DNA of 63,070 nt, counting the filler, from Octopus bimaculoides (taxonomy: Eukaryota): the NCBI RefSeq assembly GCF_001194135.2. It is 5 parts of 5 records of this genome, joined end to end, with 100 filler letters (N's around TTAATTAATTAA, not from the genome) between each part and the next. Parts side by side here need not be neighbours in the genome. Positions count along the whole stretch, not along the records: positions 1 to 28,433 come from NC_068998.1; 4 more parts are not named here. One strand, given 5' to 3'. Shown here piece by piece: positions 12,531 through 25,662 of this stretch. Position numbers and translations under genes: made by a program. The notes below the pieces were generated by a model, which did not search any database, was not told the origin of the DNA, and saw only the letters and a list, made by a program, of their open reading frames with translations. Within the stretch, counting starts at the first letter, position 1, and the number at the start of each line of letters is the position of its first letter.

Positions 12531-13187
12531 ATTCGTCTCTAGCACATCACTTTACACTACTGGCAGGTCGCAATTAAAAATGCAAATATTGTAATAAACT
12601 TCATTTCAACAAATTTCGGAGTTGGTTTATGAGACAACACGCAGCTAAACTTCTTACCAATCAATACACATTCAACCAACCCGAAAATCTCACGCACCTT
12701 AGGGCCACAGTATTCAGCAGTAGGGAGCGATCTGACAGCGATTTGGTTGTTATTTCTAGAAGATGCTCATTTCAAGAATCTACCCCATTTAGTCCAAATC
12801 CCTCATACCCTCTCGCTCTCATTCACTAATTCACTTACTCTCTCTCCTCTCTCTCCCCCCTTTCTCTCTCCCCCAATTCGTTTATGTTAGATCTATAAAA
12901 TGCTTAATGTTCGCATGCATACTTTTACCGTAACGAACGTCGTTACACTTTTAAGCAAAATCGCTATGAATATGTAGGTAGACATTATTTTCTTTTTAAT
13001 TCTTCTATCTATAATTCATCCTCTGGGGAAACAAATACGAAAAAGCGGATATAAATAAACATATAACTTATTAATATTTCCAGGAAGAATTTATCTAATA
13101 ATGTCTACCTTATTACACTTGGTGTTAAGGTTTTTATCTTATAACAGATAAGAAATACTTAAAGTATCATCACATATCACAACTCGC

Positions 13188-13290
<103 letters not shown>

Positions 13291-13665
13291 ATTACTTTCA
13301 AAACTACGTTTATCTTTATAATGTACTTCTAGACATCTAACAATTCATTTATCTACCTAACTGACTATCTTTCTGTCTCCCTATCTAGCTAACTATCTGG
13401 GCAATAACATATTCATTGGGTGTTTGATAGCTTCCTTTTAGCTGTATAAATACCACAGCACAACGGAGCTTGGTACAGCACATTTGGTATAATGTCTTTT
13501 TTGTGTTAATGATGTTTTAGTAACGAGGGTTAGTTCATATATCATAATTATTACAAACGTCAGCGCCGTCAGTTTTGAATAACTAGGACTACTTATTTTC
13601 TCCTCTATTTTTGTATTATCAGTAGCTGATGAAATAACAACAACAATAATAGTAGTAATGATGAT

Positions 13666-15030
13666 GTTAAAACTGTATTGGACTACTGGGGTTTTTTAAC
13701 AATGCAGTTTTAACATCATTAACTGGAATCCTACGGAGATCCAAGGCCTGGACAGGAAGACAACAAAACTACTAGCATCTAAGAAGATGCACCACCCAAA
13801 AGCAGACGTTGATCGTCTGTACCTACTTAGAAGTAATAAGGAAAGAGGATTGATGCAGGTAGAACTGTTTCATAAGACCTCCACAATAGCAGTGAACAGG
13901 TACTTATCTAGTACAGAGGACTGGACGCTACGGGTTGTGTGCAAAATGTCGCATTCTATTGTCAAGGAAGCTTGCAAATTCGCAAGGAAACTTGGCATTA
14001 ACCCTGAATTAGATGAGAAACCTGAAACCACTGTCACCAAACAAGCAAAACGGATCGAGCAGACTGCAAAAAAGAACGGACAGAAACAAATTCAGGAGTG
14101 GTGGAGCCAGAAGCACCTGCATGGACAGTATATTCTTCGGGGTCGAAATGCTGATGTAGACCAAGCAACAACCCGTCAATAGCTGAGAAGTTCAGGACTG
14201 AAAGCAGAGACTGAAGGTTTCGTATTGACGGCACAAGATCAAAGCTTGCTTACCAGAAACTATCAGACTAACGTTCTTCAAAACGGTTTTGACCTTGAAT
14301 GCAGACTCTGCGATACATTCGACGAAACAATAGACCATCTCGTTTCGAAATGTCCTGTTCTAACATCAAACGAATACAAAAATCGCCACGATCGGGTAGG
14401 ACAGTATTTACATTGGAAAGTATGTAAATACTACAAAATCGGCACTCCTGCTTACTGGAACGAACATCATCCTAAGCCAGTCATTGAAGGTAAAAATGTC
14501 ACCATCCTCTGGGATTTTCCAGTCAACACCGACAGAACGATCCAGGCCAATCGATCAGGCATAATTATTAAACAGAGAAGAAAATACTTGTAGACTAATA
14601 AATGTAAGTGTTCCCAGTGATAAAAAATATATCTGTAAAGGAATTTGGAAAAGTAAGTAAATATGAGGATTTGGAAATTGAAATACGAAAGATGTGGCAT
14701 CTTAAAGCAAAAACTGTCTCTGTTATTGTAGGTGCCCTAGGTATGATAAAAAAGGGATGTCAGAAATATCTAGATAACATCCCAGGTGAACCATGTCTCA
14801 GAGAAAAAATTGTGCTGACAAATACTGCCCACGTGCTTAGAAAAACCCTATTCATTTAAATGTCTGTGTTGTATTACATGAAGATATTTCGCCACTGCCC
14901 CTGATAATTTCCCTCCCCAAGCTTTCAGTCATACTGTAGCATTTCTTATCCTTCACTTGCCCTAGTACACTGGGTATGTCTCGGCAAGTGATTGTAACAA
15001 ACATGCAGATTAAAAGTAAATTATAATAAT
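13666..15030 (+). mobile_element. 5'-truncated R4/Dong-type non-LTR retrotransposon (RT C-terminus, CCHC finger, restriction-like endonuclease, 3'UTR)
   Basis: IINW..EIQGLDRKTTKLL..MHHPKADVDRLY; GLKAETEGFVLTAQDQ; CRLCDTFDETIDHLVSKC; RHDRVGQYLHW; LWDFPVNTDRTIQANR; K..KYEDLEIEIRKMW; VIVGALG. Stop at 14859, 3'UTR ending in ataataat. Contains stops and frameshifts. Confidence 0.9.
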
Positions 15031-15121
15031 CCTTTCTACTATAGGCTTGAAATTTTGGGGTAGGGGATTAGTCGATTACATCGACCCCATTGCGTAACTG
15101 GCACTTAATTTATCGACCCCT
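15030..15121 (-). mobile_element. SINE family A 3' half whose tail abuts the Dong-type element
   Basis: cctttctactataggcttgaaattttgggg...gtcgattacatcgacccc...ggcacttaatttatcgacccc. Confidence 0.75.
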
Positions 15122-15292
15122 GAAACATACATATCATACATACGTATATATATATANNNNNNNNNNNNNNNNNNNNNNNNNNNNNNNNNNNNNNNNNNNN
15201 NNNNNNNNNNNNNNNNNNNNNNNNNNNNNNNNNNNNNNNNNNNNNNNNNNNNNNNNNNNNNNNNNNNNNNNNNNNNNNNNNNNNNNNNNNNN

Positions 15293-15538
15293 AAGTTCTG
15301 TCCGAATTTTGAATAAAAATAACAAGTGATCAAATGTTATATTTAATTGAAATTTAATCATCAATGTACTTTCCCTGATTATCTATGACTTCCTTCCATC
15401 TGTTTACAAGCTTTTTAATCTCATCAATGTAAAACTCCTTTGGTTTCAAAGCGAAGAACTCTGAAATGTTAGTTTCGACCTCCTCCTGGCTTGCGAAAGT
15501 TATGTCCTCCAAATGATTCTGTAAACTATGAAACAACG
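15293..15538 (-). mobile_element. Mariner transposase C-terminal fragment with 3' TIR region
   Basis: LFHSLQNHLEDITFASQEEVETNISEFFALKPKEFYIDEIKKLVNRWKEVIDNQGKYIDD* is a typical mariner C-terminus. It is followed by the TIR-like aaaattcggacagaactt next to the gap. Confidence 0.85.
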
Positions 15539-15539
15539 A

Positions 15540-16141
15540 GCAAGGTGATAGCTTGGATCTGTAGTCTTCGAATCAGCTCTTTCTTTTCTGATTTTGATAA
15601 GCCTAATTTCTCAAGATTGGTATTTAGGCAGTGTGTTACATATCCTAGTGCCTCAATAATTAAAGGTATAAACCTGGACTTGTAATCTGGAGAGAGTAAC
15701 TACAGAATTCTCAATAATTCAGCGTAGGTATTCTCTTTCTCACTGATCTTCAGCTTTATGTTAACACCCGCTGGACAGTTGATTTCCACAACTGTACGGT
15801 TTCTCTTCTACGTCCCCAATCATTATATCAGGTCTATTGTGCTTACATTTTATTGAAGTTTTCACTCGGACATTCCACCAGTACTCCTTTTTATTATGAG
15901 TAGTTATGGCTTCCACCACAGTGTGGGCTCTTATTTCTTTGTCCTCGGGGTTATCCTTTCGACAGATCTCGTAATACAGTGTCCTAGTTACAACATCATG
16001 TCTCATTGGTAGATAAAACTGTGATAACATTTTCGGACAACCGCTTTTAGTGTGGGTGATATTTTCGGTATTAACTCCACAAAGTCTGCATCGGTTGTCA
16101 CATTTTACTGCTTTTCCTACATCACTGTCCTTTTTGTGCAT
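15540..16141 (-). mobile_element. Second RLE-type (R2 group) non-LTR retrotransposon fragment: zinc finger and endonuclease
   Basis: CRLCGVNTENITHTKSGC; RHDVVTRTLY; KCKHNRPDIMI; after a frameshift, VVEINCPAGVNIKLKISEKENTYAELL and FIPLIIEALG (PD-D..E..K-type RLE motifs). Confidence 0.85.
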
Positions 16142-16456
16142 GAGGTATGTATGTATGAGTCCTTTTTATTTAGTGAATGTTTCCTGATATTATTTATTTA
16201 AAAAGAAACACGAAAGTTTGTGTGCGTGTGTATGTTATTATTCACTTTTATCTCAAGATTACTTTTATTTTTATAGTCTTTATTTTTATAGTATGTGTGT
16301 GTGTTTTATTCTTATAGTATGTGTGTGTGTATGTATGGTTAACGGCGGGCTAACGGGCATAATGTAATGAACAAAACAATTTTAATCAATAATCTAATTG
16401 AAATTAAACATTTGTTGAAAAGGAAAGAATTCCGAATTATAAACTACTACCTATAT

Positions 16457-16890
16457 AGGTGCATTCATGACCGTATGGTGAGAAGTTTGCTTCCTCTAGC
16501 ACATAGTTCCGGGTTCAGTCCTACTGCGTGACACCTTGAGCAAATATTTTCTACTTAGCCCCGAGTCAATCAAAGCCCTGTGAGTAAATGTGGTAGGCAA
16601 ACTGAAAGAAACCCGTCTTGTATATATATGTATGTATGTATGCATGTATATATGCATATGTGAATTATGTGTGTGTGTGTGTGTCCTTTTGCTTGTGTTT
16701 CTCCCCCACCGCCACTTGACAACTGGTGTTGGTTTGTTTACATCTCTGTAACCTCGCGGTTCAACAAAAATGCCCGATAGAATAAATTCAGGCTTGACAA
16801 AACAAGCACTGAGGTTGATTTGTTCAACTAAATCCTTCAAGGTGGTACCCCAGCTAGGTCGCAATCAATGATTGAAACAAGTAAAAAAAA
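16457..16890 (+). mobile_element. SINE family B, full length, diverged
   Basis: ccgggttcagtcctactgcgtgacaccttgagcaa...(TA/TG)n...gcttgacaaaacaagcact...aatgattgaaacaagtaaaa. Confidence 0.85.
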
Positions 16891-16895
16891 TAACA

Positions 16896-16936
<41 letters not shown>

Positions 16937-16946
16937 NNNNNNNNNN

Positions 16947-16984
<38 letters not shown>

Positions 16985-17520
16985 TGGATCCAAGTAACAT
17001 CATTATTCCGGATAATGGATCCAAGCAACCATCATTATTCTAGACCACCAAGCCCCCAGAAACAGCTGTTGGACTCGTAAAACTACACCCATTTAACTCC
17101 TGATATCATTTATATTCTGTAAGTCGGACTATATTATATTTATACACATGTACATTTTTCTATTAAATGTATTTAACGTTCTGTGTAAATCGACTTGGCT
17201 AACTTGCTTATTATCATTACATTTACTCATCTACCCGCTCAAGTTCATATCGCTTGAGCACTTCGAAGTGTATTCTATATAGAGAACATTTGTCTCTTAT
17301 ATATATATATATATACTTAAAAGCATATATTTTTTTTCTATATTTTAGTATTTACCGAAGATCAGATTCACAGATTTTTGTTAAGTACTAAAATTGATTG
17401 TGTGTTCTAAAATGTTACACTCTTCCACAGAATGTCATTGAGTACTTACTTCCTCAATCCACGGTTTCCGCATCATTTAGCAGATGAAATCTTACTTGGC
17501 ACATTGACAAAAAAAAAAAA

Positions 17521-17566
<46 letters not shown>

Positions 17567-18313
17567 NNNNNNNNNNNNNNNNNNNNNNNNNNNNNNNNNN
17601 NNNNNNNNNNNNNNNNNNNNNNNNNNNNNNNNNNNNNNNNNNNNNNNNNNNNNNNNNNNNNNNNNNNNNNNNNNNNNNNNNNNNNNNNNNNNNNNNNNNN
17701 NNNNNNNNNNNNNNNNNNNNNNNNNNNNNNNNNNNNNNNNNNNNNNNNNNNNNNNNNNNNNNNNNNNNNNNNNNNNNNNNNNNNNNNNNNNNNNNNNNNN
17801 NNNNNNNNNNNNNNNNNNNNNNNNNNNNNNNNNNNNNNNNNNNNNNNNNNNNNNNNNNNNNNNNNNNNNNNNNNNNNNNNNNNNNNNNNNNNNNNNNNNN
17901 NNNNNNNNNNNNNNNNNNNNNNNNNNNNNNNNNNNNNNNNNNNNNNNNNNNNNNNNNNNNNNNNNNNNNNNNNNNNNNNNNNNNNNNNNNNNNNNNNNNN
18001 NNNNNNNNNNNNNNNNNNNNNNNNNNNNNNNNNNNNNNNNNNNNNNNNNNNNNNNNNNNNNNNNNNNNNNNNNNNNNNNNNNNNNNNNNNNNNNNNNNNN
18101 NNNNNNNNNNNNNNNNNNNNNNNNNNNNNNNNNNNNNNNNNNNNNNNNNNNNNNNNNNNNNNNNNNNNNNNNNNNNNNNNNNNNNNNNNNNNNNNNNNNN
18201 NNNNNNNNNNNNNNNNNNNNNNNNNNNNNNNNNNNNNNNNNNNNNNNNNNNNNNNNNNNNNNNNNNNNNNNNNNNNNNNNNNNNNNNNNNNNNNNNNNNN
18301 NNNNNNNNNNNNN

Positions 18314-18368
<55 letters not shown>

Positions 18369-18376
18369 TATACATA

Positions 18377-19394
18377 TTTTGTGCGACTTGAACGCTCGTT
18401 GATTTTCGGAATGGTAGACAAGGAGCTGCTTAATCTTCAAGTTTCCACTCTCATCGGTACAAAGGGCGACTGTTAGCCTATCTTTCATAGGCTTGTGGCT
18501 TGGCATTTCTTTCTCATCTGCATTTATGTAGGTTCTTCTGGGCATTTTTCGTTTTCCGAAAAAGGTCACATTTATTAGTTGAATACCTGTTGTGTGATGT
18601 GCCCCTCGGCTGCGCACGAAATCCTCGGCAGTCTTCGTGTCAGAACTCGCTGCTTCTCCATACCTGACGACACTATAAACACCAGTTCTCTTTTTGAAAT
18701 AATCGAACCAGCCACGACTGGCCTTAAATACGTCTGCTGGCGTCTTCTTCTCCGTTGATGTTCCAGGGTTTTGCTTCAGGAGATCCCCATACAACGCTCG
18801 TGCGTCCTCGCAGATGATGGTCTCCGTAATCTTATCCCCTGCGAGTTGCTTCTCGTTGATCCACAGTAGAACAAATTTTCCATCTCTTCGTGGACAGACG
18901 TGCATTTCCTAGAGATCCTAGAGAGGTCATTTGCTGTTCTAACAGCCTTGATCCCTTTCTTTTTCTTCGGGGTGGTGCTTCGGTTGCATTGACATGCTAT
19001 GTCCACTGCACACACTCCTCTCTCGTGTCTATCAATGATTTCCTTCTTCAATTCTATCGTAATCAGCTTTTTCTTCTCAGCACTGTTCCTTGCACTAACA
19101 ACCTTCTTAGGACCCATGGTTAACCCAACTAATTATCATAAAATAATAGCAACAAAAAAAACGCACAAAACTAAAACAAAACACTGGGAAAAGAAACACA
19201 AGGATGCTGCCACAACGAGATAAACACGCGAACTGAGCGAGCGGAAGCTGCGCTTTTTGGGAAAGCGTGTGCGAGCTCAGAGCTGACTTGCAGTGGTTGC
19301 TTGTATGAAGCTCGTTCGATCTGCCGATTTCTACTCGTAACTTTAAGACCAAAATTCGCACGAGTCTCGGCTCATACAGCAAGAGGTTCTACTG
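18377..19394 (-). mobile_element. Tigger/pogo DNA transposon, 5' half (CENP-B HTH domains and start of DDE), frameshifted
   Basis: TA|CAGTAGAACCTC terminus at 19394. MGPKKV..KKKLITIELKKEII; LLWINEKQLAGD; FKASRGWFDYFKKR; VVRYGEAASSD; KMPRRTYI; KPMKDRLT; KIKQLLVYHSENQRAF (TIGD1/Tigger1-like). Confidence 0.9.
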
Positions 19395-20289
19395 TACATG
19401 CATACACGTGTGTGTGTGTGTGTGTGTAAGTAAATATATTTGTGTGTGTCTAAATAAAATATATTTGTTATTTTATTATATTTGACACAATTTTAAGATG
19501 GCTCATTTTCACAGACAAGTAAATGGTGTGTGTTAGTCAGTCAGTCTTTCTCAAATTTTACTTCCTATCTGATGTCGCTATTGTAAATTTTGTAATGGAT
19601 TTCATAATTCGAGAGAACGAATCTTCTTCCTTCCTTCAATTTAGATACAAATTAGTTATATTTAGCGCTTGAACGGTTACTGCTTAATTTATGAAATTTT
19701 ATTGGGTACATCATCATTATCATTATTATTATCATTATTGTTGTTGTTATTTCTATTACTATTTTGTTGTTTTTGTTGTTATAAATTTTATTATTAGATG
19801 ATATAAAGAAATTATTATTAAGTAAATTATCATTAAATAAATAAGCAATTATCAGATGGCGCAATTATTATCACCATCATCATAATCATTATCATCATTC
19901 ACTAATAGCTGCAATCGTTAAAAAACAGAGGTCGTTTTTGTTTTAATTAATGGCCATGTTCTTAGTATACTAACTCGCGATTTCAAATAAAGCCAGTTGT
20001 AAAAAGAAAAGCAACATTTAATAACATGTATATATNNNNNNNNNNNNNNNNNNNNNNNNNNNNNNNNNNNNNNNNNNNNNNNNNNNNNNATATGTATATA
20101 TATATAACATATGTATATATATATAACATATGTATATATATATAACATATGTAGATATATAACATATATATATGTATATATATATATATATATATATAAA
20201 CATATGTATATATACATACATGTTATACACATATATACACATACATGTTATATATGTACATTTATATAACGTATATATATAACATATTC

Positions 20290-20506
20290 TTTTATCCTTC
20301 TATTTGTTTCAGTCACTTGACTGCGGCAATGCTGGAGCACCGCCTTTAGTCGAACAAATCAACTCCAGGACTTATTCTTTGTAAGCCTAGTACTTATTCT
20401 ATTGGTATCCTTTGCCGAACCGCTAGATGACGGGGGTGTAAACACACCAACATCAGTTGTCAAGCGATGGTTGGGGGACAAACAGACACACACACACACA
20501 CACACA
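20290..20506 (-). mobile_element. SINE family B 3' half, running into a gap at its central (CA)n
   Basis: tttgtttcagtcacttgactgcggcaatgctggagcaccgcctttagtcgaacaaatc...gggggacaaacagacacac. Confidence 0.85.
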
Positions 20507-21826
20507 NNNNNNNNNNNNNNNNNNNNNNNNNNNNNNNNNNNNNNNNNNNNNNNNNNNNNNNNNNNNNNNNNNNNNNNNNNNNNNNNNNNNNNNNNNNNNN
20601 NNNNNNNNNNNNNNNNNNNNNNNNNNNNNNNNNNNNNNNNNNNNNNNNNNNNNNNNNNNNNNNNNNNNNNNNNNNNNNNNNNNNNNNNNNNNNNNNNNNN
20701 NNNNNNNNNNNNNNNNNNNNNNNNNNNNNNNNNNNNNNNNNNNNNNNNNNNNNNNNNNNNNNNNNNNNNNNNNNNNNNNNNNNNNNNNNNNNNNNNNNNN
20801 NNNNNNNNNNNNNNNNNNNNNNNNNNNNNNNNNNNNNNNNNNNNNNNNNNNNNNNNNNNNNNNNNNNNNNNNNNNNNNNNNNNNNNNNNNNNNNNNNNNN
20901 NNNNNNNNNNNNNNNNNNNNNNNNNNNNNNNNNNNNNNNNNNNNNNNNNNNNNNNNNNNNNNNNNNNNNNNNNNNNNNNNNNNNNNNNNNNNNNNNNNNN
21001 NNNNNNNNNNNNNNNNNNNNNNNNNNNNNNNNNNNNNNNNNNNNNNNNNNNNNNNNNNNNNNNNNNNNNNNNNNNNNNNNNNNNNNNNNNNNNNNNNNNN
21101 NNNNNNNNNNNNNNNNNNNNNNNNNNNNNNNNNNNNNNNNNNNNNNNNNNNNNNNNNNNNNNNNNNNNNNNNNNNNNNNNNNNNNNNNNNNNNNNNNNNN
21201 NNNNNNNNNNNNNNNNNNNNNNNNNNNNNNNNNNNNNNNNNNNACACACACACACACATATATATATATTAAAATGAATATTCATATAGATATTATTATT
21301 ATCATTAGCAGTAAATATATAAATAATTAATAATAACAATAACAATGATATTAGTGGCAGCAAGCAATAATGTCGTTAAATGGTTAATGAATACAATTTT
21401 ATAATTAATAAATAATTATAATAGGGGGTACACGAAGATATCAGCTTGCTAGAAATGAGTTAGAATCCTCAAATAAGCCACCAAGCTCACTGAAGAATCC
21501 TAACAGGCCAGCAGAAATCGGGCAAACGAGCGAAGAAAAATTTAGCACATTCACTAAACTGAAAGCTGTAGAATTAGATAATTAGATATACCTGTATCAT
21601 GATTTCGAATTCTGCTCTATTCCTCAATTCTCCTCAGCAGGTCTTACTAGATACCCAGCTTTCAGCTCGGTTAAACATAACAATGTTTAGCAGTTCAAAA
21701 CTGTGAGTAATGAAATGCAGAATTAGGTCGGCTGATCGTGAGAATCAGACATTGATCGCTTCGCTAAAATCTGCAGGTAGTATGGGTTCTTTCCCTTGGG
21801 TTGTTTAAATAAAATATTAGTAATAT

Positions 21827-21876
<50 letters not shown>

Positions 21877-22603
21877 TAGAAGGATCCATTGGAGGAGCCC
21901 TATTATCGATTTTTTCAACAAACTAAGTATGTCACGAGGTTTCATGACATGAGTTCTCACGTGTCAAATAAAGTATAAAAGTGATATTGTCTGCAAAAAT
22001 TAGAAATAGGACACACAAAAAATCAATATTCAAAATAATCGAAAATAAAAATGAAATGGGTTATTTCCCTTGAGTGTTTTAAAATATTGTACAGATGCTA
22101 TGAGTTATTTCCCTTGAGTGTTTAAACAAAAAAAATAGTTATATGAGGTAGATANNNNNNNNNNNNNNNNNNNNNNNNNNNNNNNNNNNNNNNNNNNNNN
22201 NNNNNNNNNNNNNNNNNNNNNNNNNNNNNNNNNNNNNNNNNNNNNNNNNNNNNNNNNNNNNNNNNNNNNNNNNNNNNNNNNNNNNNNNNNNNNNNNNNNN
22301 NNNNNNNNNNNNNNNNNNNNNNNNNNNNNNNNNNNNNNNNNNNNNNNNNNNNNNNNNNNNNNNNNNNNNNNNNNNNNNNNNNNNNNNNNNNNNNNNNNNN
22401 NNNNNNNNNNNNNNNNNNNNNNNNNNNNNNNNNNNNNNNNNNNNNNNNNNNNNNNNNNNNNNNNNNNNNNNNNNNNNNNNNNNNNNNNNNNNNNNNNNNN
22501 NNNNNNNNNNNNNNNNNNNNNNNNNNNNNNNNNNNNNNNNNNNNNNNNNNNNNNNNNNNNNNNNNNNNNNNNNNNNNNNNNNNNNNNNNNNNNNNNNNNN
22601 NNN

Positions 22604-22685
<82 letters not shown>

Positions 22686-23318
22686 TGGGTGTAAAACAAC
22701 TATGCGTAAAAATTAAAAGTGGAAAATTGCGAATGAGTATTGTCCGCACCCTGTACTTAGCTGATGTCAAGTACTCTGACATTGAAAACAAAGTAGCATT
22801 TGTGACATGCGAGAACCGGTCCCCATGATGTTGAGAAGGGAGAGAGACTCAAGATGATGGAAAATATTATTATCTGTTTATACAGGGCTATTAGCCACAC
22901 ACAAACTTGATAAGCAAACAGCACCACTGGTTGAATACACTGCACTATCATTAGAAACATCTCCAATACTGCTTCTTGTTGTTGCTTAGATGCCATATCA
23001 ACCACTACCAAGATGCTCTGTGATCAAAGTCATCCCAACCGTAACCATCCCGTTTATGTTTCTTAGGTTAGTGTGCCTAGGCAGCAATTATTCAATGTGT
23101 CCTTTCTTTTTCAGGGTGGTAGCGTGCCATTCGGTGGAGGTTGGGCTGTTATTTGTAGCAAGTCGATTCAGCTCGTTGAGATTCCTTCAGAACTAGTAGA
23201 AATGACGTTTGTACTATTAGAAGTAATATCAGTAATAGCAGCAGCAGTAGCACCAGAAATACTTCGCGAAATGTACTGTAGCAGCACTATCATCGTAAGA
23301 ATCCTACTCAGATACATG

Positions 23319-23371
<53 letters not shown>

Positions 23372-24344
23372 GTGTATGTATCTATGTATATCTATATATT
23401 TATATGTATATATGTATATGTATGTATGTATGTGTATGTATCTGTCTGTTTATCTATATCTATATATATACAAAATTAAAATATATATATATATACAGTT
23501 ATTAAGGTGGTGCTCCAGCATGACCGCAGTCAAATGTCTGAAACAAAAGAATATATAAGAGAAGATATGAATAATGGTCATTAGAAATTTATTCTTTATT
23601 ATATATATATATATATCAGTTGAATAAACATAGTCTGGTTTTCATGTTTTTTCTTATTATGGTATTTTAGCATTAAAAAATATATTGTAATGTTCATAAA
23701 GTTCAATCAGCGCTTCCATACGTTCGTAGTAATCATCAGATTTCAGAATGCATTTAACTGACAGTTGAGTTCTTGACAACTGTTGTACCACTGTGAACAC
23801 TCCAATAAGCTGAATTTTTGGAATACGGTTTTGACCAATCCGCATGCAGCTTAAACGTCACGGTTGCCAGGCGTACCTATATTACTGGCATAGATCCCGC
23901 CTTTATCTTAACCTTTATCTTGCGGTTTACATGTAATAGTTTTATGAGTGAGCAAACTTAGTTGGTTTCGATCATTTTTATTTCAATTGGTGGGAGTCTT
24001 CTGTAATTTGTTTATATTCATATGTTAAAGATACTTTTTAATCCACATCATTAATTGGTTGTTATATTATTGTTGTTATTTCCGTTAAATACCATAATAA
24101 AAAACGTGAAAACCAGACCATGTTTTAACTTTATTCAGCTGATATATTATTCTATACGCATTCACACAAATTCGGAATATATATATAGTCATAATAATAG
24201 ATTTTGTATTGTGTACTTCCCATTTGACAGTGGGGCTACATCTGTTATCACTAACAGATTATATTAATCATTGCATTTACTCTCTTTTTGTTTATTCTCA
24301 CTAACACCGCCTTTATGTAATAATAATAATAATAATAATAAATG

Positions 24345-24830
24345 CCCTGATGCAGTATCAGGCACTGGCTCTCATAGTTTCTGATCTTAACTGATTGGAA
24401 GTGTTATCATGTACATGTTTTGTCTTGGTATAAAAGATGGGCTACAGTAAATATTCTGCTAAATACCACAGATTTGCTTGTTAGTTGCTTGACCTTAACC
24501 AGTTGGCCATGTCCGTTGGTAGCTGAGAATATGTGCATCTCTGATCACGAGCAGGAGTAGTGGAGGAGCATCATAACCATGTATTGAGAGGAATTATTCA
24601 TGGACCTTTTGAGCGGGATGGGCTACTCGACCTGAAGAAAATTCTGACTGGGCCTACCTGCAAAGTCATGCAAAGTTTATCTTGATATAAGGTCACCATG
24701 TCACGCACATATGGTTGTGATGCACGTGCCTGGTGTACAATTATCAGACGGCAAGTCATGATGGGTGTACTGGGCTTCGTATATTTTACCCTAGTGTCAC
24801 TTCGATGACCTGCACTGCTCTCTCACCCAA
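24345..24830 (+). mobile_element. SINE/retroposon family C copy
   Basis: cagatttgcttgttagttgcttgaccttaaccagttg...atgtgcatctctgatcacgagcaggagtagtggaggagcatcat is shared with 29380-29600 (minus) and 39880-40045. Confidence 0.75.
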
Positions 24831-24849
24831 TAATGATAGTAATAATGGT

Positions 24850-25025
24850 TTCTGATGTAGGCACAATGCCAGCAGTTCTTAGTGGAGAGGGTTAGTCGAC
24901 ACCTTCGGCCCAGTTCAAGACTTGTACTTTATTTTAAGCTGAGCTCTGCGGAAATTTATTAGAAAATAAAAAGCCGGGTAAAAATACCACGAAGTAATTT
25001 TTCCGATGCAGCAAACTAGCTTCGT
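24850..25025 (-). mobile_element. SINE family A, diverged
   Basis: aggcacaatgccagcag...gggttagtcgac...cttgtactttatttt. Confidence 0.5.
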
Positions 25026-25440
25026 CAATGCTGGCTCTAATGTACTGCATGTGCGCCATTGTTGTTGTTGCATTCTCTATGTTTGTTTGTGAGTTTTTAT
25101 GCTTTCTTTTCTGTGTTATTATTGAGAATATTGTGATGGTGTTGTATGTGATTCCCAGTGTTTTGTTATTGTATTTTTTTTTTTTTGCTATGTGTGTGTG
25201 CGCACGCGCGTATCAGTTACTGCTATAAGGAAAAATATGTAATGACCATCACGTATTATTTGAAAGAAACGGGATGTAAAATATGAGAATAAAAATGGTG
25301 TCATCGATAAAATGTGCAGGAAAGCGTGGTCCTGGGTTCCATGCTCATAGATAAAGCCACAATGGTCACGGCTGCAACGCCTTTGATCATGAATTATAAA
25401 ACCCCCAAGCAGCTTAACCGGTTCGTGTGTGACAACGTTG

Positions 25441-25600
25441 CTGCTGCTGCTGGTGGTGATGATGACGATGACGATGACGATGACGATGATGATTTTGCTA
25501 TGAAGGCAACCATAATAATATAGACGAGGAGGAGGAGGAGGAGGGTTGCTGTGGTGATGGAGATGATGATGATGATGACGATGATGATGATGACGATGAT

Positions 25601-25641
<41 letters not shown>

Positions 25642-25662
25642 TGATGACAATGATGATGATGA
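25441..25662. repeat. Compound (GCT/GAT/GAC/GAG)n trinucleotide array
   Basis: Seen directly; no flanking splice or ORF support. Confidence 0.9.

Noticed and set aside
17431-17510. Good plus-strand acceptor (tcttccacag) and minus-strand GTAAGT donor
   Set aside because: The phase needed to follow the 9683 exon gives an immediate stop (gaa tgt cat tga), and all minus-strand frames also stop.
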